Position numbers and translations under genes: made by a program. A model generated the notes under the pieces. The model did no database searches. It was not told the origin of the DNA and worked only from the letters and a program-made list of their open reading frames with translations. 64,000 nt of DNA from a virus, in IMG/VR virus record IMGVR_UViG_3300048033_001096, positions 64,001 to 128,000 of that record. One strand, written 5' to 3'. Position 1 is the stretch's first letter. The number at the start of each line of letters is the position of its first letter. Of this stretch, positions 14,101-22,004 are shown piece after piece.

Positions 14101-17100
14101 TTAGTTTCAACATTACTCGGAAATTTTAAATCCTGTAATCTAATATGTGTGTTAGTTTCAGTATATACTATATGCCCTAATATATCTCTAACTTGTCTTG
14201 ATCTATCATAACCAGTAGCAAGCAATGTTGTTGGATTATTAATCATCCAACTTGCTAATATTGCAAATGGATATTCAGAACTGTTAAGCCAAGCATCTTC
14301 AATTGGAGATCCGTCTCCAAATACAAAACTTTCATCGATATTTGATGTATCAAATTTTAAAGGTAAATTACAATCAGACGGTCCAAGTAACTTTCCTTGA
14401 TTATCAACCGGAATAAATTTTGACAACCCTGGGCGAGAATAGAGCTTGTTAATTTTAAATCCAGTATTTGGTTCTCGAATAATACCAGCTTCTAAGTCTT
14501 CCCACAACAACGAGTTATTTCGTGTGTATGGAGCAGGACCGTATTGTTCTTCCCACCAAGTCGGTTTAATACTAAATCCTAACATTTCCCAAGGAGTTAA
14601 ATGCGGAGTTACAGTATCAAAATAATATCTAAAGATGCCGCGCCACCAACCTGGCATTTTATCACCGTTTTTATCTTTAAGTGATTTATAGTTAAATGTA
14701 AAACTATTAGTTCTATCAAAATATTTGTTAACAGTATAATCTTCATCTACTAATGATAACCATTGAATAAAGTCAACAATCATCGGAGCATAAACTTCAT
14801 CTCTAGTAAATGCTGTATCTCTGTTTAATCCAGGACTATAAGAATCAATATTAAATAAATTAGGATCATAAGTTACTTTAATATTATTAAAGATTCGTTT
14901 TTCTAATTCTAAAATAAGATCGTCTCTAAAATCTCCATATGCTCTTACAATACTACCGTCATGTCCTTTAATAAGAGTAGTCGGAGTACTAAATGTGCTG
15001 TCAGTATATAAAGTAGGCTTATAAAGCGGATACAATCCTAATTTAGTTGGTGTTGGCGGAATATAAGATCCGTTTGTAGTTTCATATTCGTTAATTTCAA
15101 GAATGTCGCCAAAGTTTTTATCTTTAAGGATTTCAACAAATCCTTCTGCATTAAATATATAATCAGTATTATGGAGAAGTTGTACACCATTTAAATAAAT
15201 CGTAACAGCATTAGTACTAAGACTATCCATTGTAAACGGAGTGTTTAAAGCAAAGAATTTTGCATCTGCATCTTCAATTGTTATTTTATTTGTAACTGTT
15301 GCACCAAATGGTATCATGTCTGAGAAGTAAAATGGCATAATGTTTGTTTTACTTTTTACTATTTCAGCCATAATTGCATCTACGTGTTTTTTAGTTGAAC
15401 CTTGAAATCCTAAAGTTTCGGCTGTTTCTAAAAATATTCTTTTAAATTTACTATATTCTTTACGAGCATATCTAATAGAATTTACAGCATTTGATTGTTT
15501 ATCGAGTATACTATACATTGATAAATTCAACGGAGAACTATGCTTTATAAACTTTTTACCATAAGCACTTAAATTATGAATATCTCTTAAATTACTTGGT
15601 CCAGGAAACACTCCATCAAAATTTGTTAAATTTTCAGTAATAGACAAAACATGATCAGTAACTTCACCTAGTGTAAATGTTTCAATATCTTGATTTAGAG
15701 GATTTCTTTCTAAATTAGCAGCTATTTCGTAATGTCCATTGTTATTTTTAGCTTTAGATGAAAACGCTTTTATTATAATGTTTGCATTTTTAGGTAATGT
15801 ATTTAAAAACTTAACATTTTTAATTCTATCAGCAGTATTAACTAACTCATAATCAACATCTAGATACTGTAGCGTATTGTCAACAGTAATTAAGATTTTT
15901 AAATCTTCTAGTTCGGAACTTTTATCATAACAATTGATTGGATATAATGTTTTTGTATTGTCGTTGACATATTGTAGTATTACTGGTTGCTCACTTAATT
16001 TAATTGCTTTTGTAAATGCACCTAATACAGTGTATTCATTTCTGTTATTATATTTTCTTATATAACCTTGTTTAACAGAAACTTGCGAAATGTCATTTCC
16101 AATTTGATACTGGAAGGAATCTGAGTTGAAATTAAAATCAAAAACAATGTCGCCTACATTTTCAATACTCCTGTAAGATATCCCAAATCCTAATTCAGTG
16201 TCAGAACTTAAACTGTTTTCTTTATAACTAAATATTTTTGTTCCTCTAAACGTAGACGCAGGATATTTTTCTGTATTAGAAAAACTAATATCATCGACGT
16301 CAAACACATCAAAGATCGGTGGCTGATTAACTCCAATTTTTTCTTGTGCGAGTTTCCAAATTGTTCCGTCATAATACCAAATCTTGCCGCCTGTTTCGTT
16401 ACCTCTTTTTACAAGAACGCTTTCGCCTGCTATTGGATCTGAATCAGTAGTCTCTTCTAATGTTATTTGTCCATTCGTTCCACTGCCTTTAAAATTAATA
16501 AAGTTTACTTTAAATATTTTACCATTAACTAACGGATCAGTGTCTGCTGTAAATAAAATACGCATGCCTTCTGATAGTTGTATGCCGTCTACATTGTAAC
16601 CAAGACTACCTTCAATTTCGCTAAACGCATCTTTAGTAAAATTATCTAAAACATCAACCGTTCCTTTAGAACGAGTACCAAAGTTATAAATTTTTAATCC
16701 AGAACTAAATTCAATAATAGGTCGAGATGCTCTGGCAGACTGATCTAAATTAGTAGTATTTTTATTAATAGTATCAGATAATTCTAATACACTTTTATGA
16801 AACCATCTATTATATCTTGACCAAAAATTGCCGTCATTGCTTGATCTATTAATAGTAATATAATCTTTATCTTTTGGATAGCCTGTTGCTAGTGAGAACG
16901 GAAAGTTATCAAAACCTTCTTCAGTATCAAAAGGAATTTCTAAATCAATGCCAACTGGAAAAGATACTTCAACATCTAAACTAGACACTAATTTAATTTC
17001 ATGCCCAACGCCCTCAATATACCATTCGGAATTACTATATATTGCAGGAATTACATCGCCTTTAAAGTTAACTTTAAGTCCATTGGACAATGACCAGCCA

Positions 17101-17993
17101 TCTCGCGATGTGTATTCTTTTTTACCAATAATTTCACTTTCTACATCAATAACTGTTGCATCTTCTTGATTAGCAACTTTAATTAGCCCACCAATATTAA
17201 TATCAGTACTTGAAACATAAAATAATTCATCCGGAGCATCTGATCCTAACTCTAACTCAATAACTCCATCTTCTACTTCTTGTGCAGAAACTTCATCCTT
17301 CAATAAAAATTGATCATCTAATATTCTTTTAGTTCTAAAAGTTAAAGGTATTCCAGGCGTATCAATTTCAAATCGATATTTTACACCTCTGTACAATTTT
17401 AATATAGGATTATTAGTTAACCCGTCTGGCGTAAAAATATAAGAATAATCGCCTAATGCTTCAGTAAGTTTAACAGTATATGTACTTTTAATTTCTTTAC
17501 GCTCGCCCGGAATGGTTACTGATTGAGGACCGTTTGGTACCCAGTAATATTCACGGAAGTTAGTAAACTTGTCCCAGTCAATATGAGGATCCCAAGAATA
17601 AAATTCTTCCTTTGTATTTCTACCATGGTTTGTACTTGTTCCGCCTAGTATATTAATTTGGTTAATAAAATCTCTATAATCTGCATAATAATCAACATTG
17701 CCTACAGAGTCAGTAATTACACTAACAGGTTCAAATTGGTAGTCAGTTCTTTCTTTTGAAACATCCGCTAAGTAATTGTCAGAAACATTATAAGATTTTG
17801 CTGTTTTTCGTCCTACATATGCATTAACCTTTTCAGCTACTCCTGGTTGTAATATTTGATCTAATGTCGATTTTAAAAACTTTTGGTTTTTACTAGTTCT
17901 AAAATACTTAGGTAAATGCCTTGCACTTTCTCTTTTATTAGAATCGTTTTCACCTGATGGTAATGGATATTCGTTCTGATTTTCGTTAGCCAT
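2130..17993 (-). CDS. Giant baseplate/structural protein (5287 aa; gp7-like position) with CBM-like and beta-propeller repeats
   Basis: 15.9-kb uninterrupted ORF, start overlapping the gp6-like stop. Contains W..Y..GD.V.Y...YY repeats, FG-GAP-like repeats (FGTGQAFSLDGKYLVVGAP, FAKSLSISQDGKMIAIGAPG) and 'V.I.NPG.GY' repeats. Confidence 0.75.
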   Translation of the reverse strand: MANENQNEYPLPSGENDSNKRESARHLPKYFRTSKNQKFLKSTLDQILQPGVAEKVNAYVGRKTAKSYNVSDNYLADVSKERTDYQFEPVSVITDSVGNVDYYADYRDFINQINILGGTSTNHGRNTKEEFYSWDPHIDWDKFTNFREYYWVPNGPQSVTIPGERKEIKSTYTVKLTEALGDYSYIFTPDGLTNNPILKLYRGVKYRFEIDTPGIPLTFRTKRILDDQFLLKDEVSAQEVEDGVIELELGSDAPDELFYVSSTDINIGGLIKVANQEDATVIDVESEIIGKKEYTSRDGWSLSNGLKVNFKGDVIPAIYSNSEWYIEGVGHEIKLVSSLDVEVSFPVGIDLEIPFDTEEGFDNFPFSLATGYPKDKDYITINRSSNDGNFWSRYNRWFHKSVLELSDTINKNTTNLDQSARASRPIIEFSSGLKIYNFGTRSKGTVDVLDNFTKDAFSEIEGSLGYNVDGIQLSEGMRILFTADTDPLVNGKIFKVNFINFKGSGTNGQITLEETTDSDPIAGESVLVKRGNETGGKIWYYDGTIWKLAQEKIGVNQPPIFDVFDVDDISFSNTEKYPASTFRGTKIFSYKENSLSSDTELGFGISYRSIENVGDIVFDFNFNSDSFQYQIGNDISQVSVKQGYIRKYNNRNEYTVLGAFTKAIKLSEQPVILQYVNDNTKTLYPINCYDKSSELEDLKILITVDNTLQYLDVDYELVNTADRIKNVKFLNTLPKNANIIIKAFSSKAKNNNGHYEIAANLERNPLNQDIETFTLGEVTDHVLSITENLTNFDGVFPGPSNLRDIHNLSAYGKKFIKHSSPLNLSMYSILDKQSNAVNSIRYARKEYSKFKRIFLETAETLGFQGSTKKHVDAIMAEIVKSKTNIMPFYFSDMIPFGATVTNKITIEDADAKFFALNTPFTMDSLSTNAVTIYLNGVQLLHNTDYIFNAEGFVEILKDKNFGDILEINEYETTNGSYIPPTPTKLGLYPLYKPTLYTDSTFSTPTTLIKGHDGSIVRAYGDFRDDLILELEKRIFNNIKVTYDPNLFNIDSYSPGLNRDTAFTRDEVYAPMIVDFIQWLSLVDEDYTVNKYFDRTNSFTFNYKSLKDKNGDKMPGWWRGIFRYYFDTVTPHLTPWEMLGFSIKPTWWEEQYGPAPYTRNNSLLWEDLEAGIIREPNTGFKINKLYSRPGLSKFIPVDNQGKLLGPSDCNLPLKFDTSNIDESFVFGDGSPIEDAWLNSSEYPFAILASWMINNPTTLLATGYDRSRQVRDILGHIVYTETNTHIRLQDLKFPSNVETNEVCLTSGIINYIQGYMSYNLTDEFNNYKNNLKQIKNNLAFKLGGYTDKDKFKLVLDSRTPLNQGNVFVPEENYKIFLNTSYPIKAITYSGVIVERQGFGFVIRGYDSNLPSFKYYSPITSTRDITVNVGGISESFATWEPNKTYVKDLVVENSGAYYRAKSTFTSTENFDDTSLIKLARLPVEGGIETVFKQKFIKESVNILPYGSVLETVQDVVDFLLGYEAWLIEQGFKFEHYDGTQKIIADWKNSAREFMFWSLHEWGEDSLISLSPAAEQVWFESEYSTVSNVFNTFFDYGLAKSDGKMLNGTDISIDRIDSNTFKLVPTTTADGVYSIKLPVVQTEHIVLIDNTSVFGDVIYQPTTGYRQERVKTIGYRVSDWDGSLNIPGFIYSEVNIKEWKQWTDYSVGDIVKYKEFYYSADSKIPGSNVFNNNQWKRLDNVPESKLIPNFEYKTNQFADFYDLDTDNFDVEQQQLAQHLIGYQKRTYLENIINDEVSQYKFYQGMIREKGSKNSLTKLFDVLSAAGQESLDFYEEWAIKQGQYGASEGFEEVEFILDEKNFKLNPQPIKLTNSDEDIGLVYKIKDFEVYKASKNYTNTPFPKLNNYKQFTRSPGFVNIEDTSNIVENYNSLLNLDISLINNKDYVWTGSEYNKWDVLQYQSIDTNLISLTTLPTKVTDTEYTYEVEFTLSNSPNDIKEGDIIGIHNLQVPDDENDDSTEFNTVNTILIPLQGFYKVTKKLLNKVIVGSNDQLDTINECSGLLSKFVSVKVSDYKEANKLAQDGVTNNSLIWIQNNDENWKVLKNTQAYSLLQLLEAEEDSNEDLGFGKNIIADGRNSLLSVASPASGSNGKLFVYNRGGNNQNYQFAQIVEPPTSGVTTPGNQFGTGQAFSLDGKYLVVGAPAASNIKTRYRGNYQESENYDNGDIVFYAGQLWEVVVDIQGAQAEQLFGSFGANIEVLQNNSIFQNEAFFQNMLLGNFPFDEGTTDHVLIRASLDQYSGSGVGDQVFLDWYATTTANQFDPYTPRKPFQTDDMPNGYEDYGLTEEWLESGLIIQKKVDVVLFTNAISTIPNIGDQVEATGVFGYVNYVYVDDNRATIYIERTSGIWPNSENLFKESGEFVGAYTKVAPSDIIDVSEELGGYWYFDLPNSDNPLVLSENNVDEARALATYNIIPTGKADPGGAGGNIWDLNNDVTTIGDASINSYIRTLVYQGTPGPAGNLEVIPSDLFVARAPKTLTDKLNVGDEIGFEVVRFPDFSNDDSFIDITVTGLTYEDTNKKHTLFGLWDGYIDFDLDNTDSDTGQPFEPRIGQFVRERTPAPGATAKVAFYQKFNNSRARIYVTDVQGSWGIGNDGRYIEMIGDPLDPSPIYSADQDLGDVRSVALGNADLNIGKLCVMQLSAELEEVPQQSTVIGAEYLIYRDFPILGLPREPNIPGSTNLDYKQVFKIPVNPDGPALNADNLGYFTIYQRQNVSTFDVVDTLIVPDITPNLKVGNQIKIAKRNDLYKVFVHAKGNSTTENPGRIYFINNGVDDEGINYNWEFAKDKRYKGVFDINSLYLIDDYVYYLGYFYKALTNIAGDGTAFVETEWELITNDQIRSIDYLGYIPNNTNIVPEDFDYKGLFSTDSTYIVDEIVQYLDGKYYKAQRSIPLNYNGFVDNDGTIEVPQEDWKLTNFTPGGDYSLKLDASNLVEFGRKFDVSDNGEILITTATYTDNSTKVIVYRSINGNYQKSQEIVAPSFKIDDNIEFAKSLSISQDGKMIAIGAPGADDSTTGIDVGFVYVYTQINGVFELTQTLESTNQQQGEGYGTSLDFDGKTLYVSAVNASSDDITTFDNSITSFDNEFTTFKNEIATNGVVYVYERIDESLIFGQTLDYHTYVNRDNIAEIDYFGRNILAKNNHLYVSVPEYKNQNSRQGLILDYRRTDNQRIWEVHREYEPPVDVTKIKKVMIYDKSKNEVIINLDYIDPLQGKIAGHADEELRYKTPIDPAVFSFGNSEGNILIDENRSWGVEQIGRLWWDLSTAKFYNVYQGNLIYKSNNFNTLYPGASIDVYEWVESTLSPEEWDSTSGTPRGNANNITGKTKYGRDAYSIRRVYDNISKRFINYYYYWVKGKTTVPLISGRTISADNVSKLIEDPAGQKYKFINFADSSSMVLYNCADLIRDKDIVLSVQYYTTGDKYANIHNQYQIVTEGLATSIPNEAIVNKLIDSLIGYDINDRPVPDPNLSPNERYGILNKPRQGWFINRQEVLKQVISRINSIFIENLIVDEKDITPLLDSDQIPSINTGLYDTVIDNYVDLQFVSTVRAQPAILTPVVQDGKIVRVDITNPGRGYKVVPTYVITGQGAKAELELTINVLGQVDSVIVKNAGYNYNDNTVINVRPFAVLVNADETVNNNWGIYQLQGVNWSRVSSQSYDVQQYWDYVDWYETGYNEFTQLDHVVDFSYSLQSLDDQLGDIVKILNTGGEGWLLLEKIDNQVTTDYTINYKTVGKQNGTIKLSTALYSYVDNLVGFDNQTFDTQFFDKQPITELRIIFNALRNNIFVADLAEQFNALFFLCLRYVFAEQGYVDWAFKTSFVKAKHNVGNLQQRITFKNDNLESYEDYINEVKPYKTTIREYISNYTKVESVSSEITDFDSPPVYSTETSKITPTDAKVVNGVLFGTGSLTGINKQWLNNISYKVVDIKISDPGYGYTEAPEIIIDGNATAVASLGTNGKLNSVVVTDSGSGYITSPNITINGTLGEDGREAAVSVVLGDSPVRNMHTTVKFDRVTGTFLITQLNETEFFTATGAKTEFQLKWPMDLRTTTVEVTVNGELVLGSNYSYDNIIDNTAEYDKFYGRIEFIDPPANEAIVEVNYKKSINLLDAQDRINLFYNPEDGQIGKDISQLMDGIDYGGVEVKSFEFGAPPGWDTGEWYTDTWDVYDDKFDDEIFETDGSTLTFDLAKPLANGVKYNVYINNVRIDDDDWDGTSTVENPYAIMSPLVGDGVTNTFTFENEIGYRQVAEELDPGDGNGTFNNPPGLVITIRRSTSDGSRAISEAAFDTAITGGDLAYTTATGINAEDINIDGDGFVTPTTSKGPEEIVPGQLMDTLDITVYERPNSGTGTIQTNSFRGDGTTNQFTISQKPFSRESVIVKVNYKILDLAEYRVDFKNNNVTIYDTPQQGDNVAITVIGLGGTNLLDYGEFITTDTQLYQTAIPYTEELTAYVTVNGSEIPFTIDNIDGIAHIRFVEIPAVNRIVQYGIFDSLVETFSKVDIDTIISDGSSLSYELAKTPFSQQPSSYYTIATVNNERILNAGYSEKFIIEDNTLEYKMKVWQIPVGSTEGKEIKVFLNDRELEFLQEWTYEGAGSFNEYIADDAQPGSTIILNRGVATTGDELKVFIMSSGEYRFGYFDDDSNFIDTSGKQIAASLLPIIEDGVITEVTVVSAGRGYNDTSGITANSDVGEGAEFSLTVDDLGRILTVEIINGGRDYDTNTTINVEIVPLPAVVYFDETFAPGDIIKLYQFSNHDGLGIERQKYDVVEKTTMTANTDGYYESRLLRNNMIDLQTPTIGINYVWVAINNKLLTPTADYVLLDNQKTIKLITSLTQYDVVDIIHFAAPPVSNRFGWRQFKDMLNRTTYLRLSAEDEHQLAAPLRWYDRTIEVADGFERLPSVTADSKNPGVIFINGERIEFFRREGNILKQLRRGTMGTGIKDEHPAGTYFYNQGSDSIIPYKDEEDRFTVKSGVYTDTSTIYPNSSPDMSVESITYSFNNNTVFPVRVPGTYDQVATVVGTGFRPEIKALMQDANGKIRELEKISSTTTEIKFYTETMPVGAYDLVLYNPKEIVPALRSESYLVMPKFLPYVQILVDYNPEAFTDVVQNPTVTGDWYKAPFDEGGIPNEYWQALNIEVFSNGRRLRKNPIKVYDAAKGQYSPDGDVDLEAEFAVNKNEGAYVRLTSPPEPETTLTIVRKLGSDWRELDGESENQFKPLGNSNTQVATFLRGKTINLPR

Positions 17994-20900
17994 TAGTAGG
18001 TTGTTCCTCTGTTAGTATTATTAATTACATTAGATGTTGAAGTAATCTTAGATGCAGTATCGTCATATGACGAACTTTGGATGCCTGCATTAACTGTTGT
18101 AACTTGGGTTAGTACTGCGCCGTCTGATTTTAGTCTAGATGCTGTTATAGCATCTATTATTTCAACATCTGCTACCGTTGCTCCGCTAATAAACACTTCG
18201 TCAGCTTCGGATTTGATTTCGTATAAGCTACCAAAACTTTGACTTTCTTGATTTGGTACAATAACAAATGTCGATAAATCTGGTGTCATTTGATACATAA
18301 CATAATTTGCAAGTTCTGAAAAGTAAAATGTTTCGCCAAATTCCCAGTTTTCTAGTGCAAAAAACTGGTTAATCGCAGTAACAATACGTGATTTAATATC
18401 ATTATCATTTAAGACTTTGTCTTTATTTTTAACAACTTTAAAAGTAGCTTGCAAATCTTCTTGTGCCTCATTTCCAAATAGTATCTTATACTTAACTGGA
18501 TGATATATAATTTCATCTGTAAGTGATTTTATTTGATTTAGATCGTTAGCATATGCTATAAACAAATCGTCGCTGCTCGGAGGCAAAGGTTTGTTAATTG
18601 TTTTCTCTTGTAGCCACAATCTGTAGTTATTATCATAATTTCTATCGAGTAAAAACATATCAATAATATTACTTGCACTAGGATCAATTCTAGCTTCAGC
18701 ACTTGCTGCATGATAATATCTAAATTTAAGATTACTTCGACCTTGACGTGCTTTATAATTGGCACTTATATTTAATTTTAAAGTAGATTGATCTAATACT
18801 TCAAAAATATCTAAATCAATATAATAAAAAACTTGTCCATCATTGTATTCACTAAACGGACGTAATTCTGATTTAGAATTTAATATTAAAACCTTGTCAG
18901 TAGAATTATCAACATAATTAAAGTCTTCTACTCCGTCAATTGATGTTATTTTTTCAAAAATAACATATTTTTGTTTAGTGTTAACATCTGGATTAACAAT
19001 TTCTTCAAACAAATCAGCATCGTCAACAATGCCGTCTTCGTCAGCATCATAAAAACTTACTTCTATTTTTTTACTATCAACATAACCTTCAGCATCTTTA
19101 TATGCATCAACAATTTCCCAATCAAAATCTTGGGTAAATGCTGATATACTATCAGGAGATGGATTAATACTTAAAATAGTAATAGCATCTTTAATAATTT
19201 TTCCAGTTTTACTATCATAAATTTTTTCTAAAGGATCATAATAAAACTTTATTTCTTTATCACTTTCAAACACATATCTCATCGAACGATATGTAATAGT
19301 AAAACGCTCGTTATCGTTTTCAAAAAGTAATAACCAACTTGCATCTAATTGTTGATTAGTAGTATCGCCTGTTTTACCAGTACTAAAATCTGTTCCAACT
19401 GATAAGTTATTTTCGGTTACTAGCCTCCATTCGCTACTAGTTTGATCAAAACGTAGTCCAAACGTCTTATATGCAAAAATTTGATCGATTACCTGTTGCT
19501 TAACACTCGCCACTAAATTATTAGAAACGGCCGGTTTAATTTCTTTTAATATTGCACCTGTAGGTATTTCGTCATTAAGATAAACTGACCCAGTTCCGTC
19601 TTCTCTGTCTTCAATTCCAGTACCGTTAACAGATAACACTTTAACCCATTTATAAGTTAAATCTCCAAGGTCGTTTGCAGGACCATTTACTATTTCTAAT
19701 TTACTATTAAAATGTTTTCCAGTCGGTGGAATAAATTTAATAAGTACGCCTGGTTTTATTAATGAAAGAATTGACGAAGTAAATGATCCAAGTTTAGACG
19801 GAATTCCGTCTACACTTTTAAAATATCCTGTAACTAAATTAGTTTCTGCTGTAATGGTTGCCCAATTGATTAACAAGTCTTCTGTTAATATTTTAGGAAA
19901 TTGATCAAAGTAAAAATTTCTTACTTTCTTGTCATTTAGTATTGGCAATAATGTATTTTCAATTGCACCTTCAATATCAGTTTTTGTGTTAAATGATATA
20001 TTTGCAAGTTTATTATTATATTCTTTATAAACAACTCCGTCATTACCGTACAACGTAGTTTGACTATATTTTCCAGTAGCGTCAATTAAATCAAAATATC
20101 TACTAATGCCACTAGATGTTCTGTTTACAGACTTTGCTTTTACAATGTTTTGACTTATGCCCAATGGTCCAATTTGATAATCTTCACCAGTAACCATTCG
20201 ACTTTGTGTATAATATGTACTTGGTGCATTAAATCTTACACTGTCAGTTGATTCAGACTCAGCACCGTTATCTACAGTATACTTTAAATTGTATGTAAAT
20301 GTAATTGCTTCATTTTTTCCTGATTTTGATGTATAAGGAAAAGTTAGTAAAATATTAGTAAAATCTTTTGGGACAACTTTAATTGAATTATTTGCACTTG
20401 TTCTATAATAAACCCTAAAAGACCCTTGCGGTAAGTTTCCAAAAATTCCGTCACTAAACATTAAACTTATTCTATCGTCGACCCTTGTTAAGACAGAATA
20501 TATGTTCTTTTTATCTTTATTTAAATTGTTGTAAATTATGTTGTTGCCTTGCATTGCTTGTACTTTTGACCATAACTCACTTTCAAATCCATTAGTATCA
20601 AGTTGATAAAGCCAAACATCAGTATCGTTGATATCAGGTGATTCAACAGTAATAGATTGATTCGAACTAGGATTAGATACAGTAAACACACCTTGCTCTA
20701 AATTGCCCTGTCTAAAGTGTGAAAAGAATCCAGTGTTAGGACTTGAAATTCCTTTACCGTCATCTTTATATATAAATGCAAATTTATTTCCTGGAAATGG
20801 TGCTTCTTCTTCAACTTCTGTATCTGTTACATCGGTTGACACGATCTCAAACGGAAAACTTGCTCCGTCAATAACTTTGTTAAATTTATATACAGGAATA

Positions 20901-21484
20901 TCATCGTTTAAACTATTAAGTCTGTATTGTTCTGTTGATACTCCTGATATTATTTCTTTTTTTGTTGGACGACCAAATGTGTTGTTTGACGGCATTGCAG
21001 AATTCATTACTTTTATAAACTGCTCATACCAGTCAGTGTTCGTTGAGTCGTTCCAAACAATTGTTTGTCCAGATAAATTGTTTCCGTTAGAATCAAAAAT
21101 TTCTTCTGTTGTCTTAATACCTTCAAGTTTTAATAATCCGTTAGTTGCTTGATTTCGTTTTGGATTGTATGACAACAGCCGCGCTAAACGTAGTACACTT
21201 TCTCTTCTATCAGCTAGTTCTAAATAGTTTTCTCTAGCATTTAAATCGACACGGAAAGCAATGTTTTGTCCTAAAAATGCAATAAGGTCAACTAGTGCCA
21301 AATACTCACTTGATTCAATGTAATCGTTAAAATCTTCAGGATAGTTATCTCTAAGATATTGTATCATTGTGCGGCGAAGATTATCAAAATCATAAGATTT
21401 AAAATCTGCATTACGGAATGACTGGTAAACTCGTTTCCAATCTTCGGCTAATAATAGTCTATTTTGTCTATCTGTAGATGACAT
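17993..21484 (-). CDS. gp6: Baseplate wedge subunit, gp6-like (1163 aa)
   Basis: N-terminal 'DFDNLR..MIQYLR...DFNDY.ESS...ALVDLIAF...ARENYL..A.RRESV..LA.LLSYNPKR' and 'RMVT.EDY' are gp6/baseplate-J hallmarks; adjacent to gp25. Confidence 0.85.
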   Translation of the reverse strand: MSSTDRQNRLLLAEDWKRVYQSFRNADFKSYDFDNLRRTMIQYLRDNYPEDFNDYIESSEYLALVDLIAFLGQNIAFRVDLNARENYLELADRRESVLRLARLLSYNPKRNQATNGLLKLEGIKTTEEIFDSNGNNLSGQTIVWNDSTNTDWYEQFIKVMNSAMPSNNTFGRPTKKEIISGVSTEQYRLNSLNDDIPVYKFNKVIDGASFPFEIVSTDVTDTEVEEEAPFPGNKFAFIYKDDGKGISSPNTGFFSHFRQGNLEQGVFTVSNPSSNQSITVESPDINDTDVWLYQLDTNGFESELWSKVQAMQGNNIIYNNLNKDKKNIYSVLTRVDDRISLMFSDGIFGNLPQGSFRVYYRTSANNSIKVVPKDFTNILLTFPYTSKSGKNEAITFTYNLKYTVDNGAESESTDSVRFNAPSTYYTQSRMVTGEDYQIGPLGISQNIVKAKSVNRTSSGISRYFDLIDATGKYSQTTLYGNDGVVYKEYNNKLANISFNTKTDIEGAIENTLLPILNDKKVRNFYFDQFPKILTEDLLINWATITAETNLVTGYFKSVDGIPSKLGSFTSSILSLIKPGVLIKFIPPTGKHFNSKLEIVNGPANDLGDLTYKWVKVLSVNGTGIEDREDGTGSVYLNDEIPTGAILKEIKPAVSNNLVASVKQQVIDQIFAYKTFGLRFDQTSSEWRLVTENNLSVGTDFSTGKTGDTTNQQLDASWLLLFENDNERFTITYRSMRYVFESDKEIKFYYDPLEKIYDSKTGKIIKDAITILSINPSPDSISAFTQDFDWEIVDAYKDAEGYVDSKKIEVSFYDADEDGIVDDADLFEEIVNPDVNTKQKYVIFEKITSIDGVEDFNYVDNSTDKVLILNSKSELRPFSEYNDGQVFYYIDLDIFEVLDQSTLKLNISANYKARQGRSNLKFRYYHAASAEARIDPSASNIIDMFLLDRNYDNNYRLWLQEKTINKPLPPSSDDLFIAYANDLNQIKSLTDEIIYHPVKYKILFGNEAQEDLQATFKVVKNKDKVLNDNDIKSRIVTAINQFFALENWEFGETFYFSELANYVMYQMTPDLSTFVIVPNQESQSFGSLYEIKSEADEVFISGATVADVEIIDAITASRLKSDGAVLTQVTTVNAGIQSSSYDDTASKITSTSNVINNTNRGTTY

Positions 21485-21507
21485 TGCTGTTCCTTATCTT
21501 ATTGTAA

Positions 21508-21515
21508 TATTTAGC
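21508..21515 (-). promoter_or_regulatory. Late promoter (GCTAAATA) for gp6-like gene
   Basis: Reverse complement of tatttagc, followed on the minus strand by an AAGGA SD and ATG at 21484. Confidence 0.55.
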
Positions 21516-21539
21516 AGTTTTAATAAACTACGTATATAA

Positions 21540-21995
21540 TTATTCAGTTAAAAATCCAGCATTTTCGTCGAATTGAAACTGTAGTTTTTCTGTTATAGCG
21601 TATGGCAAATATACAAGCTCGCACGATATTTGTAAGCCGTTTTCGTAGCTGTCAACGATAATTTGATTAACACTTACTCTAGGATCATAGTTAATAATAG
21701 AAGACACATCTTGTGTTACTAAATTTCTAACCTGTTCAGTTAATGGTTCAAAAAGTACATCCCATATAATAGTTCCAAATTCAGGATCACTAAGTTTTTC
21801 GCCTTTTCTAATATGAAAATGATTTACAATATTTTGTTTAATTAATGAAATATCATAAAGTGTACTGCTTTCCGAATCAGATTCTAATCCTACTGTACTA
21901 AACCCTTTGTAAGTTGGACTTTTTGTATATAGTTGATCTTGTTTTCCTGATTTAACATTAATTTGTTTATAAAGAGATTTTTCAGTTGTACTCAT
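21540..21995 (-). CDS. gp25: Baseplate wedge subunit gp25-like
   Basis: 'LIKQNIVNHFHIRKGEKL.DPEFGTIIWDVLFEP...I.YDPRV' is the gp25/GPW signature. Confidence 0.9.
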   Translation of the reverse strand: MSTTEKSLYKQINVKSGKQDQLYTKSPTYKGFSTVGLESDSESSTLYDISLIKQNIVNHFHIRKGEKLSDPEFGTIIWDVLFEPLTEQVRNLVTQDVSSIINYDPRVSVNQIIVDSYENGLQISCELVYLPYAITEKLQFQFDENAGFLTE

Positions 21996-22004
21996 AGTTT
22001 ACCC

